A program made the position numbers and the translations under genes. The notes under the pieces were generated by a model. It was not told the DNA's origin. It did no database searches and saw only the letters and a program-made list of their open reading frames with translations. Shown here in pieces: positions 1 through 12,549 of a DNA stretch of 64,000 nucleotides. Source of the stretch: Octopus vulgaris (Eukaryota); assembly GCA_951406725.2 (NCBI GenBank), contig OX597843.1, positions 6,510,001 to 6,574,000 of the forward strand, in the 5' to 3' direction. Position 1 is the stretch's first letter. The number at the start of each line of letters is the position of its first letter.

Positions 1-175
1 ACAGTTTGTGAGGTTCTTTGCATTTATTTTCTCTTCTCGTTATTTTTCTATCCCAATTAGTGAAATTCCTGCTCTTACTTACACAATTCATTACTGGACA
101 TTATCACAATGTTTTCCACCATCTGACTCATTCTTACGGGTCAATAAGGTAGAAAAACAAAACACTTAACATTAT

Positions 176-590
176 AGGTGCAAGAGTGGCTGTGTGGTAA
201 GTAGCTTGCTTACCAACCACATGGTTCCGGGTTCAGTCCCACTGCGTGGCACGTTGGGCAAGTGTCTTCTACTATAGCCTCAGGCCAACCAAAGCCTTGT
301 GAGTGGATTTGGTAGACAGAAACTGAAAGAAGCCCGTCGTATATATGTATATATGCATGTGTCTGTTTGTCTTTGTATGTATGTGTGTCTGTTTGTCCTC
401 CTAGCATTGCTTGACAACCGATGCTGGTGTGTTTATGTCCCCATCACTTAGCGGTTCGGCAAAAGAGACCGATAGAATAAGTACTGGGCTTACAAAAGAA
501 TAAGTCCCGGGGTCGAGTTGCTTGATTAAAGGCGGTGCTCCAGCATGGCCACAGTCAAATGACTGAAACAAGTAAAAGAGTAAAAGAGTT
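176..590 (+). mobile_element. SINE family A, full length (tRNA-derived head, CORE-like segment, internal TA/TG tract, LINE-like tail)
   Basis: A-box-like TGGCTGTGTGG and B-box-like GGTTCAGTCCC, followed by ttgggcaagtgtctt; the tail is ggcggtgctccagcatggccacagtcaaatgactgaaac plus (agtaaaag)n. More than 20 full or partial copies occur in the window. Confidence 0.85.
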
Positions 591-804
591 ATCAAAGCCA
601 CGATTTACTTTCAAAGAAGGTGAACTGGCAGAATCTCGTTAACACGCCAGGTAAAATGCATAGTGGCATTTCAACTGTTTAGGTTTGAGTTCAAATTCTG
701 CTGGGGTTGACTTTGATAACAACAAACAACGTGATGAGACCCATCCATCCATTGTAAATAATGTGCAGAATCCTCATCTCAAAAATATTGTGTAATCGCC
801 GTAA

Positions 805-1050
805 TCATTATTTAACGTCTGTTTTCCGTGCTAGCAAGGGTTGGACGGTTCTACCGGGGTCTGGGAAGCCAGGAGGCTGCACCAGGCTCCAGTCTGATCT
901 GGTAGTGTTTCTACAGCTGGATGCCCTTCCTAATGCCAACCACTCCGTGAGTGTAGTGGGTGCTTTTTACATGCCACCGGCACAGAAGCCAGTCAAGGCA
1001 GTGATGGCATTGGCCAAGTTCAGATGATGCTTTTTACGTGCCACCGGCAC
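805..1050 (-). mobile_element. Repeat family C (SINE/RTE-tail-like, (GAT)n tail)
   Basis: Carries ggatgcccttcctaa(t/c)gccaaccactcc and gctttttacgtgccaccggcac; the same family occurs at 21728, 47465, 48277, 53717 and 58420. Confidence 0.7.
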
Positions 1051-1499
1051 AGGTATCACAATTACAATTTCCATTTGATTTTTTGATGTTGATGTACTTG
1101 ACTCAATAGGTCTCCTCAAGCACGACAGTACACCCTAAGGGCATCCAGCCATAGGAAGCAAGCCAAACCAGACTGGAACCTGATGCAGCTCTCTGGCTTA
1201 TCAGCTCTGGTCAAGCTGTCCAGCCCAGGCCAGTATAGAAAATGGACATGATCATGATTTACCAGTAAGCTACCAAGAACAAACCATTCATTTTATTACA
1301 CACACACACACACACACCATGAGCTTCCACGTAGTTTCCGTCCACCAAATTCTCTCACAAAGCATTGGTTGGCCCAAAGCTATTGTGGAAGACTCTTGCC
1401 GAAAGTACCACACAATGGGACTGAACCCTAAACCATGTGGTCTGTGGTCACAGAGCAAGCTTCTTAACCACTCAGCCAACATGCAATTATACCCCCTAC

Positions 1500-1900
1500 C
1501 CTTTTACTTCTTTCAGTCATTTGACTGCGGCCATGCTGGAGCACCGCCTTTATAGTTGGGCGAATCAACCCCAGAGCTTATTCTCTGTAAGCCTAGTACT
1601 TATTCTATTAGTCTCTTTTTGCCGAACCGCTAAGTTACGGGGATGTAAACACACTAGCATCGGTTGTCAAGCAATGAGGAGGGGGGGGGGGTAAACAGAC
1701 GCACAAACACATATATATATACACATACATATATACGATGGGCTTCTTTCAGTTTCCGTCTACCAAATCCACTCACAAGGCCTTGGTCGGCCCGAGGCTA
1801 TAGCAGAAGACACTTGCCCAAGGTGCCACACAGAGGGAATGAACCCGGGACCATGTGGTTGGTAAGCAAGCTACTTACCACACAGCCACTCCTGTGCCTA
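1500..1900 (-). mobile_element. SINE family A, full length (an extra degenerate head lies at ~1318-1480)
   Basis: Reverse complement of the 176-590 consensus. Confidence 0.85.
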
Positions 1901-2486
1901 TTTTAATATTCTTTTTTAAATATTTCTTAAAGATTTCCTCTAAATCCCTTATATAGTTATTTGAATCATTGCCTAGAATTTAATCCCCCTTCAAAAGGAT
2001 TTAGAATTCGGTTAAGCTTTTATTCCAGATTCAACCGTCATTATTATGCAGAGAGGAAAACTTCTGCTCTTTCACGATAATTCTTTTGGGATTAAACAAA
2101 GTGGGAGGGTGGCCAAGGAATTGCCCACGTCATCAGGCCTGTACAATGACAGAGAAACCAGGATGGCCTTGCTGCGGAGTAGGAATTATGTACATAAAAA
2201 CGTGTGTGTGTGTGTGTGTGGGTGGGTGTTTTATTGTGTCACTGACATGGGAAAGGCTGCCACATGTGAGAGGGTTAAAGAGTATCAGTTATATTTGGAG
2301 ACGTGTGTGTGTGTGTGTACATACACATACTCATTTACAGACACATATACGTCTGTCCATGTGTGTATATACATATATTCATGCATACTAACACAAACGT
2401 GTATATATACATGTTTAAGCGTATGTCTGTGAGTGAGTACATATATGTATATATGTACATATGTGTATATATATACATATATATAC

Positions 2487-2518
<32 letters not shown>

Positions 2519-2598
2519 GCACACACATTACTTGTATGTATTTGTATATATATATGTACGTGGGTACATTATGTGTACATGGGTGTACATATATGTTA

Positions 2599-2646
<48 letters not shown>

Positions 2647-3059
2647 GTGTATACATGTATTCGTGTACCTATCAGCATATGTGTTTATATATATATATAT
2701 ATATATATATACTCTACATAGGCAAGCATCTACGTATATATATATATAGATGTATATAATGTATACATTACCAACATGTGCATTGGGTGTTGAATAGCAC
2801 AGCCTACTACAAAGGGGGGGAGGGAGAGAATTTAAAACAAACGCCTGCACCCCCACCCGCCCACCCCACATTCCTACACCCCCATTCTCCCCACCCACCT
2901 CCACCCCGTCTTTCTCTCTCCCTCTACACACATGACTAGCTTTAAACACTATCATTTAAGCTGGAATTAGAAAAAAAAAGAGAAAAGAGAAAAAGATAAA
3001 TGAAAAAAAAAAAAAGTAATAACTCCTGTCAAACAGGACACACAGACAGACTGGCATAG

Positions 3060-3600
3060 AACAGAGAGAACATCTTTGATCATAGGGTCTGCCTGGATCA
3101 GGACTGACCTGGGGCTAAACAACAGCAACAACAAAGGAAAGGAAGGATACATTAGATAATGCAGTCCTAGATACACTGTGCCTGAATAAGAGACAGGATG
3201 GTCACAGCTGGAGCATCTTTGATCATAGGTCTGTCTGGATCAGGGTTGACCTAGGACTAAACAACAATGAGGGATAACACGTCAGATAATGTAATCCTAG
3301 ATACACTATGCCTGAATAAAAGACAGGATGGTCACAGCTGGAACATATCTGATCATAGGTCTACTGGATCAGGACTGACCTGGTGCTAAACATCAAGTAA
3401 GGACACATTAGATGATGTAGTCCTAGATACACTGTGCCTGAATCAAAGACGGGATGGTCACAGTTGGAGCATCTTTGATCATGGGTCTGTCTGGATCAGG
3501 GCTGACCTGGGGCTAAACAACAAGGAAGGTCACATTAGATAATGTAGTCCTAGATACACTGTGCCTGAATAAAAGACAGGATGGTCACAGCTGGATCAGG
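3060..3600 (+). repeat. ~127-bp satellite, ~4 diverged units
   Basis: Repeating ttagataatgtagtcctagatacact...gacaggatggtcacagctggaacatctttgatcataggtct...gacctggggctaaac. Confidence 0.9.
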
Positions 3601-3807
3601 AGAGACCTCTGGTCTGTGCCAGCAGAGTTGCTATGGCCTGATGCCCTTCCTAACACCAACCACTTCACAGACGTCTTTGAGTACCGTTTTTCTCTTCCAC
3701 TTTTGCACTGAAGAGGTGGAACCAGAAACTTCCCAGGCTAGTTCTGTAGCACACCAACAGATGGCAGCACATGACTGCATGTGCAGTGAGGGTTAGCTAA
3801 GTGACAA

Positions 3808-3990
3808 ACGAGAAATTTTGCGTCAAACTTGGGAAGAGTGTTCTACAGAGACATGGAGTATGCTTCAGCGAGTTTATGGTGAGAAGGCAATGGATCGTAC
3901 GCAATGTTTTGAGTGGCAGGGGCACTTCAAGAGTCGAAGAACATTCCTGGAAGATGTCGAGTGATCTGGAAGACATTCTACGAGTATCAG
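3808..3990 (+). pseudogene. Degenerate mariner-type transposase N-terminal (HTH) fragment
   Basis: Across a frameshift it reads KFCVKLGKS...SMLQRVYGEKAMDRTQCFEWQGHFKSRRTFLEDVE*SGRHSTS, matching the mariner FEW..RFK.G..SLED..RSGRPSTS pattern. It has an internal stop. Confidence 0.75.
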
Positions 3991-4009
3991 CCCCAGAAAT
4001 TTGGTATTC

Positions 4010-4352
4010 TTTTATTCTTTTACTTGTTTCAGTCATGTGACTGTGGCCATGCTGGAGCACTGCCTTTAGTCGAGTAAATGAATCCCAGGACTTAGTCTTT
4101 GTAAGCCTAGTACTTATTCTTATTTCTTTATTGCCCACAAGGGGCTAAACACAGAGGGGGCAAACAAGGACAGACAAAGGGATTAAGTCGATTACATCAA
4201 CCCCAGTGCGTAACTGGTACTTAATTTATCGACCCCGAAAGGATGAAAGGCAAAGTTGACCTCGGTAGAATTTGAACTCAGAGCGTAAGGGCAGATGAAA
4301 TACCGCTAAGCATTTCACCTGGTGCGCTAACGTTTCTGCCAGCTTGCCGCCT
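4010..4352 (-). mobile_element. SINE family B (4125-4352) abutting a family A 3' tail (4010-4125)
   Basis: Reverse complement of gagctggcagaaacgttagc...gagttcaaattc...ctttgcctttcatcctttcggggtcgataaattaagtaccagttacgcactggggt. Confidence 0.8.
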
Positions 4353-4479
4353 TATACATGCACACATACACAAACACATACACATGCATATACACATATA
4401 TACACACACACATTCACATATACACGCACACATACATATACATGCAGCCACAATTATATACATATATATACTCATACAT

Positions 4480-4880
4480 AGGCGCAGGAGTGGCTGTGTG
4501 GTAAGTAGCTTGGTTACCAACCACATGGTTCAGGGTTCAGTCCCACTGCATGGCATCTTGGGCAAGTGTCTTCTGCTATAGCCTTGGGCCGACCAATGCC
4601 TTGTGAGTGGATTTGGTAGATGGAAACTGAAAGAAGCCCGTCGTATTTATGTATATATATGTATGTGTGTGTGTATGTGTCTGTGTCTGTTTGTCCACCT
4701 AGCATCGCTTGACAACCGATGCTGGTGTGTTTACATCCCTGTCACTTAGCGGTTCAGCAAAAGAGACTGATAGAATAAGTACTGGGCTTACAAAAAGAAT
4801 AAGTCCCGGGGTCGATTTGCTCGACTAAAGGCAGTGCTCCAGCATGGCTGCAGTCAAATTACTGAAACAAGTAAAGAGTA
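4480..4880 (+). mobile_element. SINE family A, full length
   Basis: Matches the consensus from aggcgcaggagtggc to actgaaacaagtaaagag. Confidence 0.85.
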
Positions 4881-5784
4881 TACACACACACACACACATA
4901 TGCACACCCTAATAACACGATGCTCCACCAGATGTCCTACTGCAGGCTGTGCTGCATAAACCCATCCAGTGTTGCGCTACGCCACCACTACTTCCCCAGA
5001 TTGCATTGTGTTACACTGCCACACCATCCTACTCTCCTGCTTTTTGCAGGCAATTGTAACAACAACAACAATTTAATTTAATGGAAAAACAAAAAAGTTG
5101 TATGTCAGGTCTCGAGGGTGGGAAGGAGGATGGGGAACGATGTGTGAAGGGAGGGGATCGGGACACACTGACACACAGACATGTACATAGTGGGAGACAC
5201 AGAGATAGACCCACAGACATACAAAGTATAGGTGCACACACACACACACACACAGAGATAGACCCACAGACGTACAATAAAAATTCTCCAGGGCATTGCT
5301 CCAGCATGGCTGCAGTCTAATGACACGTCAAAAAATATATGTATACACACATACAGACAACTATACATACATACATAGATATATATATATACATACATTC
5401 TGCTTTCTTCATATACAACTATGAAATTAGGGGATTACTGATACAAAATGCAAAACAAAAAAAAAAGGGTTGGGGGTATTTGATTTTGAAATTCTTGGAC
5501 CTTAAAAAAAAAAGCGAGGGGTTAAAAACAAAATTCAAACATTAAGCAGACCCCACAATCTACAAATAAAAATATAAGGATTTCAGTTTCAATAAATATT
5601 ACAACCAGCAACAAAGCTGATGGCTGCTTGTGGGCCCTGTTTCCATCTTTCCTAGGAAGAGAAAGGGTACCATGCTTGGAAGTGGACCCTGTTTCCACAC
5701 ACACACACACACACACACAAAGAAAGACACACAGATACAAAGACATACACAAACGTATACACAATGCACATATAGACACACACA

Positions 5785-6503
5785 CATCACCATCATCATC
5801 ATTGTTCGACCGTGGTCAAGACAATGGAATTAACCATGCTACGCCAGACTTCACGGTCCATCATGGCATTACGGAGGTCTTGTTGCTGGATGCCTGTATC
5901 CCTGGAGATTACATCAGGGTAGGAGAGTGTGCGCCCTCTGGTATTGTGCATAGATGGCTTCCAGAGGAGAAGAGTAGAGATTACCTCTTTTTCAGCTCTA
6001 CAACAATGTCCAGCAAACTGGACTCTCCCACCTTTCACAAGAGATGACACAGGTGGTAGTTTCCCATATATTTGCATTTTGGTTGGATGGCGCTTCCACG
6101 AGAGATTTTGAGCTCTCGTAAGGAGGCGAGTGTAGGTTCCATCCAACCGCCTCTCGAAGAGTGTGTGCCCTCTGGTATTGTGAGTAGATGGCTTCCAGAG
6201 GAGAAGAGTAGAAATTACCTCTTTTTCAGCTCTACAACAATGTCCAGCAAACTGGACTCTCCTACCTTTCACAGAGAGGACACAGGTGGTAGTTCCCCAT
6301 ATATTTGCATTTTGGTTGGATGGCGCTTCCACGAGAGATTTTGAGCTCTCGTAAGGAGGCGAGTGTAGGTTCCATCCAATCACCTCTCGAAGAGTGTGTG
6401 CCCTCTGGTATTGTGAGTAGATGGCTTCCAGAGGAGAAGAGTAGAAATTACCTCTTTTTCAGCTCTACAACAATGTCCAGCAAACTGGACTCTCCCACCT
6501 TCA
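5785..6503 (-). mobile_element. 5'-truncated RTE-like LINE 3' end with an internal ~233-bp tandem repeat (~2.5 copies)
   Basis: Minus-strand peptide RRLDGTYTRLL...QFAGHCCR...LLLWKP...DLRNAMMDREVWRSMV is typical of RTE-clade ORF C-termini and is followed by a (TGA)n tail. The marker ccctctggtattgtg recurs at 5934, 6168 and 6401. Confidence 0.8.
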
Positions 6504-6899
6504 CATACATTCAGAGATGTAGAGATTGACAAAAATGATGACCACACCTGTACCTGGTGATCGAAACGAATAATGCTAATTAAGAATACTAACATAATGC
6601 AAATGCTAATTGTTTTGGTGTGTGACTTTTGGCCAGCCCTGTGTGTGTGTTCACATTCGTGCATGTGTGAGAGTGTGTGTCTGTGGGGACAGTTAGGAAT
6701 TTCTAAAATGCAACAAAATATTTTGGTGTAAAAGAATCTGCTTCAAGACCTGGGGGGGGAGGGTTTGGAAAATGGAGCTGCAAAATAGTTCTTAGGAATT
6801 TTGGTCTGAGGCCAATATTTTGTTCTCTGTTCTTTTAGAGGTGGGGGGGGCGGGTTAGTCAATGACATAACCCCCCCCCACACACACACACACCTCCCA

Positions 6900-7645
6900 G
6901 GGCTCAACTGGTACTTATTCATTTTATCAGCCCCTAAAGGATGACTGGCAAAGAGCATCTTGGCAGAAACTGAACTCAGAGGGGAAAGAACAGGAAAAGC
7001 TGCCGAGCAATTTTGACTGAAGCATTAAGAATTTTGGCAGCCTGTCGACTTAATAATAATAATAATAACAACAACAATAATAATTTCTATTATAGGCACA
7101 TGGCCTGAAATTTTTGGTACTTATTTAATCGACCCCGAAAGAAAGAAAGGCAAAGTCGACCTTGGCGAAATTTGAACTCAGGATATACCACTAGATGAAA
7201 TACCACTAAGCATTTCGCCTGGTGTGCTAACGATTCTGCCAGCTCACTGCTTTAATAATAATAATAATAATTCTATTTCTTTACTACCCACAAGGGGCTA
7301 CACACAGAGGGGACAAACAAGGACAGACAAAGGGATTAAGTCGATTATATCGACCCCAGTGCGTAACTGGTACTTAATTTACCGACCCCGAAAGGATGAA
7401 AGGCAAAGTCAACCTCAGCGGAATTTGAACTCAGAACGTAGCGGCATAATAATACTAATAATTTCTATCATAGGCACAATGTCTGGAATATTAGTGGACC
7501 CCAGTGTGTAACTGGTACTTATTGACCCCTGAAAGGATGAAAGGTAAAGTCAGCCTCAATGCAATTTGAACTCAGAACATCAAGATGAATGAAATGCCAC
7601 TAGGCATTTTAGCCCATGGGCTAACAGTTCTGCAAACTCACCATT
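6900..7645 (-). mobile_element. Cluster of four same-orientation SINE family B copies or fragments
   Basis: aactggtactta...aaaggatgaaaggcaaagtc...tttgaactcag recurs at ~6905, 7115, 7365 and 7510, separated by (AAT)n. Confidence 0.75.
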
Positions 7646-7674
7646 TAGACACCACCAACAACAGCAACAGCTGT

Positions 7675-8160
7675 GGAGGCACAATGGCCCAGTGGTCGTA
7701 AGACTCACGGTTGTAAGAACAAGGTTTCGATTCCCAGACCGGGCATTATGAGTATTTATTGAGCAAAAAACACCTAAGTTCCACAAGGCCCCGGTGGGGC
7801 GTGATTAACCCCGCTGTACTCTTTCACCACAACTTTCTCTCTCTTTCTTCCTATTTCTGCCACAAAGCAGAGGAACCATGGTGTAACCCACTATGGTGTG
7901 GTAAACTTTCAGACCCTCGTCAAGATTGCGACTCCTCTGTAGCCCAGGATGGTTCAGCTCTCCACCCGTTAAAAAAAGCCACCATTTACGAAATGAGGAT
8001 AACAACGTAGCTTTCGCGCCCGTACAACCTCCAGTCTATCGGGTGTGGTGGGTGGATCTTCAAGTTGCCACACGTATTCTTAGTAGCTTAGAGTAGGATC
8101 GAATTAGAGATTATTCTTTGTGGCTAATGGCGTGAGTCCTGATCGGAAGAAGAACAACAG
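7675..8160 (+). mobile_element. SINE family D head and centre with a distinct 3' tail
   Basis: ggaggcacaatggcccagtgg...gtttcgattcccagaccgggc...ctgtactctttcaccacaactttctc is shared with the elements at 38620 and 61766; it ends in agaagaacaac. Confidence 0.65.
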
Positions 8161-9055
8161 TTTCTGATTTAGGTGCAAAGCCAGTAGTTTGAGGTGGGTG
8201 GGAGGGGCAGGAGCGAGTTGGTTACACTGATGTCTTGTAAATGTTGTTTTGAGGTTTTCAAAGTAAAAACTTAATTAAATACTCTGTTCCAAGTTCCAGG
8301 GCTCATGGGGTTGGTTTGCTTGTTTCCATAACAATATAAGTGACAAAGATCACAATAGGACACCATCCTTGGCAGTGTGACCCATTTACAGCCAAGTGGA
8401 CTGGAACAGTGAAACGAAGCGTTTTGCCTAAGAACACAACCAAAGCCACACCGCCCGGTCCCAGGACGGAAACTACGATCATACAATCATGAAAGCAACA
8501 CTCTAACTACCGGGCCAAGCACCTTCAATCCACCCACAGTAGCTGTCATATAATCAAAGGGTGGACCCCATGGTGGGAATGGGCAATACAGAGAACCAAT
8601 CAACCAAAGTCTGCTTCATATGTATTTTATTTATCAAATCTTGATTGGACGAAAAGCAACACTGATGTCCGAGGGACCAGAGGGCTGGTGTAAACACCAC
8701 AAGGCATTCTGTATGGTCCTCTAACGATCCTGTCACATTTACACTGAATGAATGATCAAACCAAAGCATATGGCCCCTACATGGCCTTGCTTTTTGATTT
8801 TTGAACCAAAAAATTAACTTACCTATATACCTAGGCAGAGGTGTGGCTACGTGGTAAAAAATCTTGCTTCCCAACCACATGGTTCTGGGTTCTATTACAC
8901 TGTGTGGTACCTTGTGTGTGTGTGTGTGTAATTTTTGGGACTAGTGGGTATTAGTCAATTAGTTTGTGGAGTAAAGAATGTTCACAGTTGGATCTACTTC
9001 ATCAATTACTATCAGACAAACAGACAGACAGACAGACAGATAGATAGATAGATAT

Positions 9056-9218
9056 AGGCACAGCTTGGCTGTGTGGTAAGTAGCTTGCTTCCCAACCACC
9101 TGGTTCCGGGTTCAGTCCCACTGCATGGCACCTTCGGCAAGTGTCTTCTACTAATAACCTCAGGCCGACCAAAGCCTTGTGAGTGGATTTGGTAGACGGA
9201 AACTGAAAGAAGCTCATC

Positions 9219-9225
<7 letters not shown>
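9056..9225 (+). mobile_element. SINE family A 5' half
   Basis: Runs from the head to actgaaagaagc and ends in (TG)n(TA)n. Confidence 0.8.
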
Positions 9226-9293
<68 letters not shown>

Positions 9294-9679
9294 TAGCCAT
9301 TTTTCCATGTACATCTGTGCATATGAGCATATGTGTGAATATCATATAATTTTATAGCCATTTTTATGTGTAAATGTGTCTACTTGTGGATAAATAAATA
9401 AATACATATATATATATATAGTTTTATGGCTGTTTTAAAAGTATGTGTGTGTGTGTATATATGTATATAGTTTTATGGTCTATCAGGTGTACATGTGCAT
9501 GCTTCTACACATGTATATAATTTGATACATATGTACATATACATATGTTGTTTTATAGCCAGTTTTTTCTTCATGCTACGTGTGTGGATGAGTGCATATA
9601 TGTATTTATACATATATATCGTTAGTAAAAAAAACACATCTGAAAGAAGAAGCACACTCTAAGCTGTAGAGCAATATAT

Positions 9680-9897
9680 ATTAAAAATGGGGTAGGTCGG
9701 TTTATGGGGTTACCTTGGATTTACCATCCATCAAGGGTTTAATTTTATGGCGTATCATCAGATCATAAAAACCTGTTGTCTCAAGATCCCTTAAAAATAC
9801 GGAGGTCTTGGGCCAACAGATTTTTGGGATCAGCTAAACCCCTTTATGGTTGGGAAACCTAAAATAATCCCATAAACCGGCTTTCCCCCATTGTTAA

Positions 9898-9898
<1 letters not shown>
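9680..9898. mobile_element. ~220-bp imperfect palindrome (foldback/MITE-like)
   Basis: attaaaaatggggtaggtcggtttatgggg... pairs with ...cccataaaccggctttcccccattgttaat, and the inner gatcataaaaacctgttgtctcaaga pairs with tcttgggccaacagatttttgggatc. Confidence 0.7.
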
Positions 9899-9934
<36 letters not shown>

Positions 9935-10217
9935 CTATTTGGTCTTTGGGTATATGTCTGTTAGTACGTTGATTAAAGCCCATCCGCCGTTTTCGGCTAC
10001 CTGATGTCATCCACAATTACAATATAATTTTCAATGGAGCTACATCAGGAAATCCGCAGGGTTTATTGAGTTTACAACTGATGAAGGAACACAACTAGAT
10101 GCAGAATATCCTACCCGAGGGATAGCTGTTGGATGGGTCCGAAGGATCATCATGTTGGATAAAGATTCGTAGTAAATCCATCTTCCATTTCCTTCATCAA
10201 TTAAATATGTATATATG

Positions 10218-10255
<38 letters not shown>

Positions 10256-10299
10256 TACATACATATATACATACATACATACATATATATATATATACA

Positions 10300-10335
<36 letters not shown>

Positions 10336-10378
10336 TATATATTATATTAAATTTGGATTTATTCCCTAATATTTATTA

Positions 10379-10425
<47 letters not shown>

Positions 10426-10515
10426 TGTCTATTTGCGTATATATTTTTGTGCATCACAAAAGAAAAATGAAAAATCACTCCACTTTTCGTATCTCTCTCA
10501 CTATGTATATGTATG

Positions 10516-10553
<38 letters not shown>

Positions 10554-10679
10554 TACATGCATATATAAACAGTTAATAAACACACACACTCATCTTTAAA
10601 ACCTTCAATCACCTCAATCCCAGCCCCGTTTCTCGTAAACCAACATCCTGCAACGAGCAGGCCGTGCTGACCCACAGAC

Positions 10680-11142
10680 CAAAGCGCAGGTATGGCTGTG
10701 TGACAAGACGCTTGCTCCCCAACCACATGGTTCTGGGTACAGTCCTGCTGTGTGACACCTTAGGCAGGTGCCTTCCTCTATAGCCTCAAGCCGATTCAAA
10801 GACTTGTGAGTAGATCAGGTAGACGGAAACTGAAAGAAGCCCATCGTACATATAATATATATGTATGTCTGTGTGTCCATATCTGCATGTGTGAGTGTGT
10901 GTGTGTCCATATTTGTATGTGTTTGTGTGTGTATATATATATATATATATACATATGTATGTATACAAACAGATACAGGCGCGGCTGTATGGTAAAAAGC
11001 TTGCTTCCCAACCACATTGTTCTGGGTTCAGTCCCACTGTGTGGCACTTTGGACAAGTGTCTTCAACTATAGACTTGGGCCGACCAAAACCTTGTAAGTG
11101 AATTTGGTAGACGGAAACTGAAAGAAGCCCATCGTATATGTG

Positions 11143-11196
<54 letters not shown>

Positions 11197-11394
11197 TGTA
11201 TATGTTTGTGTATGTATATATATATAATAGGCACAGGAGTGACTGTGTGGTAAGTAGCTTGCTTACCAACCACATGGTTCTGGGTTCAGTCCCACTGTGT
11301 GACACTTTGGACAAATGTCTTCAACTATAGACTTGGGCTGACCAAAGCCTTGTGAGTGGATTTGGTAAGGCCATTGTATATCTTTGTGCCTGTA

Positions 11395-11434
<40 letters not shown>

Positions 11435-11620
11435 GATGGCATTGTTGTATTTGCATCCTTGTAATGTAGCCGTTTGGTAAACACAGCCGATAGAAAACGT
11501 GCCAGGCTTAAAAGAAAAACTCAAGTCCTGGGGTCGATACATTCGACTAAAAATTCTTCAAAGCGTTGCCCCAGCATGGCCACAGTCTAAAACCCAAAAC
11601 AAGTAAAGAATAAAAGACAG
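10680..11620 (+). mobile_element. Three tandem SINE family A heads followed by one diverged 3' half
   Basis: Heads at ~10685, ~10975 and ~11228 are separated by TA/TG tracts; the tail ccagcatggccacagtc is at ~11570. Confidence 0.75.
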
Positions 11621-12549
11621 GAAAAAAAAAAAGGACTGCAATAAAATAAATGGCTTCTCTATTAAACCAGGCAAAAAAACCCACTCTGGCCACAAGTGAC
11701 CCACAGCCTAAACCACCCCACCATCGACCAATAAAATACATAACCACTCTTCTATGAAACATAACGGTAATAATTAATGTCGGGGTAAGAGTAATTTAAT
11801 GTCATTAACACTACCTCGTTAAGGTCCAGCATGTTGGTGGAGTTTTTTGAAGTCACAGCTGAGATTCTTTTTTTTTTTTTTTTTTTTTTGCTCTCTCTGT
11901 AAAAATCCTGTCTCTTTAAAAGTACTTGAAAAGCCGAGGGGTTGGTGGTGACGTCCTCGTTTGTTGTGTGACTCAACACTTACTAAACAACTTTGCCTAC
12001 CACCACCACCACCACTGCTACCACCACCTCCGCCACAGTCTCTACTGTTATTGCCCTGCTACTGTTACTACTACTACTACTACTACTATTACAATTACAA
12101 GTTCTGTTGCTTATAGTACCACCACCACCACCACCACAATAGCACCACTCCCTTCGCTGTTCAACTTTTTAACACACACACACACACACACGGACACACA
12201 AATACACATACAGACATGTATACACACAGACATATGCTCTACATAAATACACACACATATACACATACAGAGACACATATGTACAAAACACACATACATA
12301 GGTTCACATCCATGCACACACACACACAGATCCATGTACACACGCATATACATACACACACACAGATTCATGTACACACGCATATACACACACACACACA
12401 CACACAAACTCTTTAATTCTTTAACTAGATTCAGCTGCAGAGCTGTGGCCATGCTGTGGCACCACCATTGTGTGTGTGTGTGTGTGTGTGTGTGTGCATA
12501 TATATATATGCGTGTGTGTGTGTGTTTTATTATAATCAAGGCTAAAATC

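Noticed and set aside
176-260. tRNA genes at SINE heads (also 38830-38902, 44538, 50395)
   Set aside because: A and B boxes are present but there is no complete cloverleaf, and each continues into a SINE body.
210-601. Recurrent peptides such as YDGLLSVSVYQIHSQG and FQSFDCGHAGAPPL as a gene family
   Set aside because: They are translations of SINE family A.
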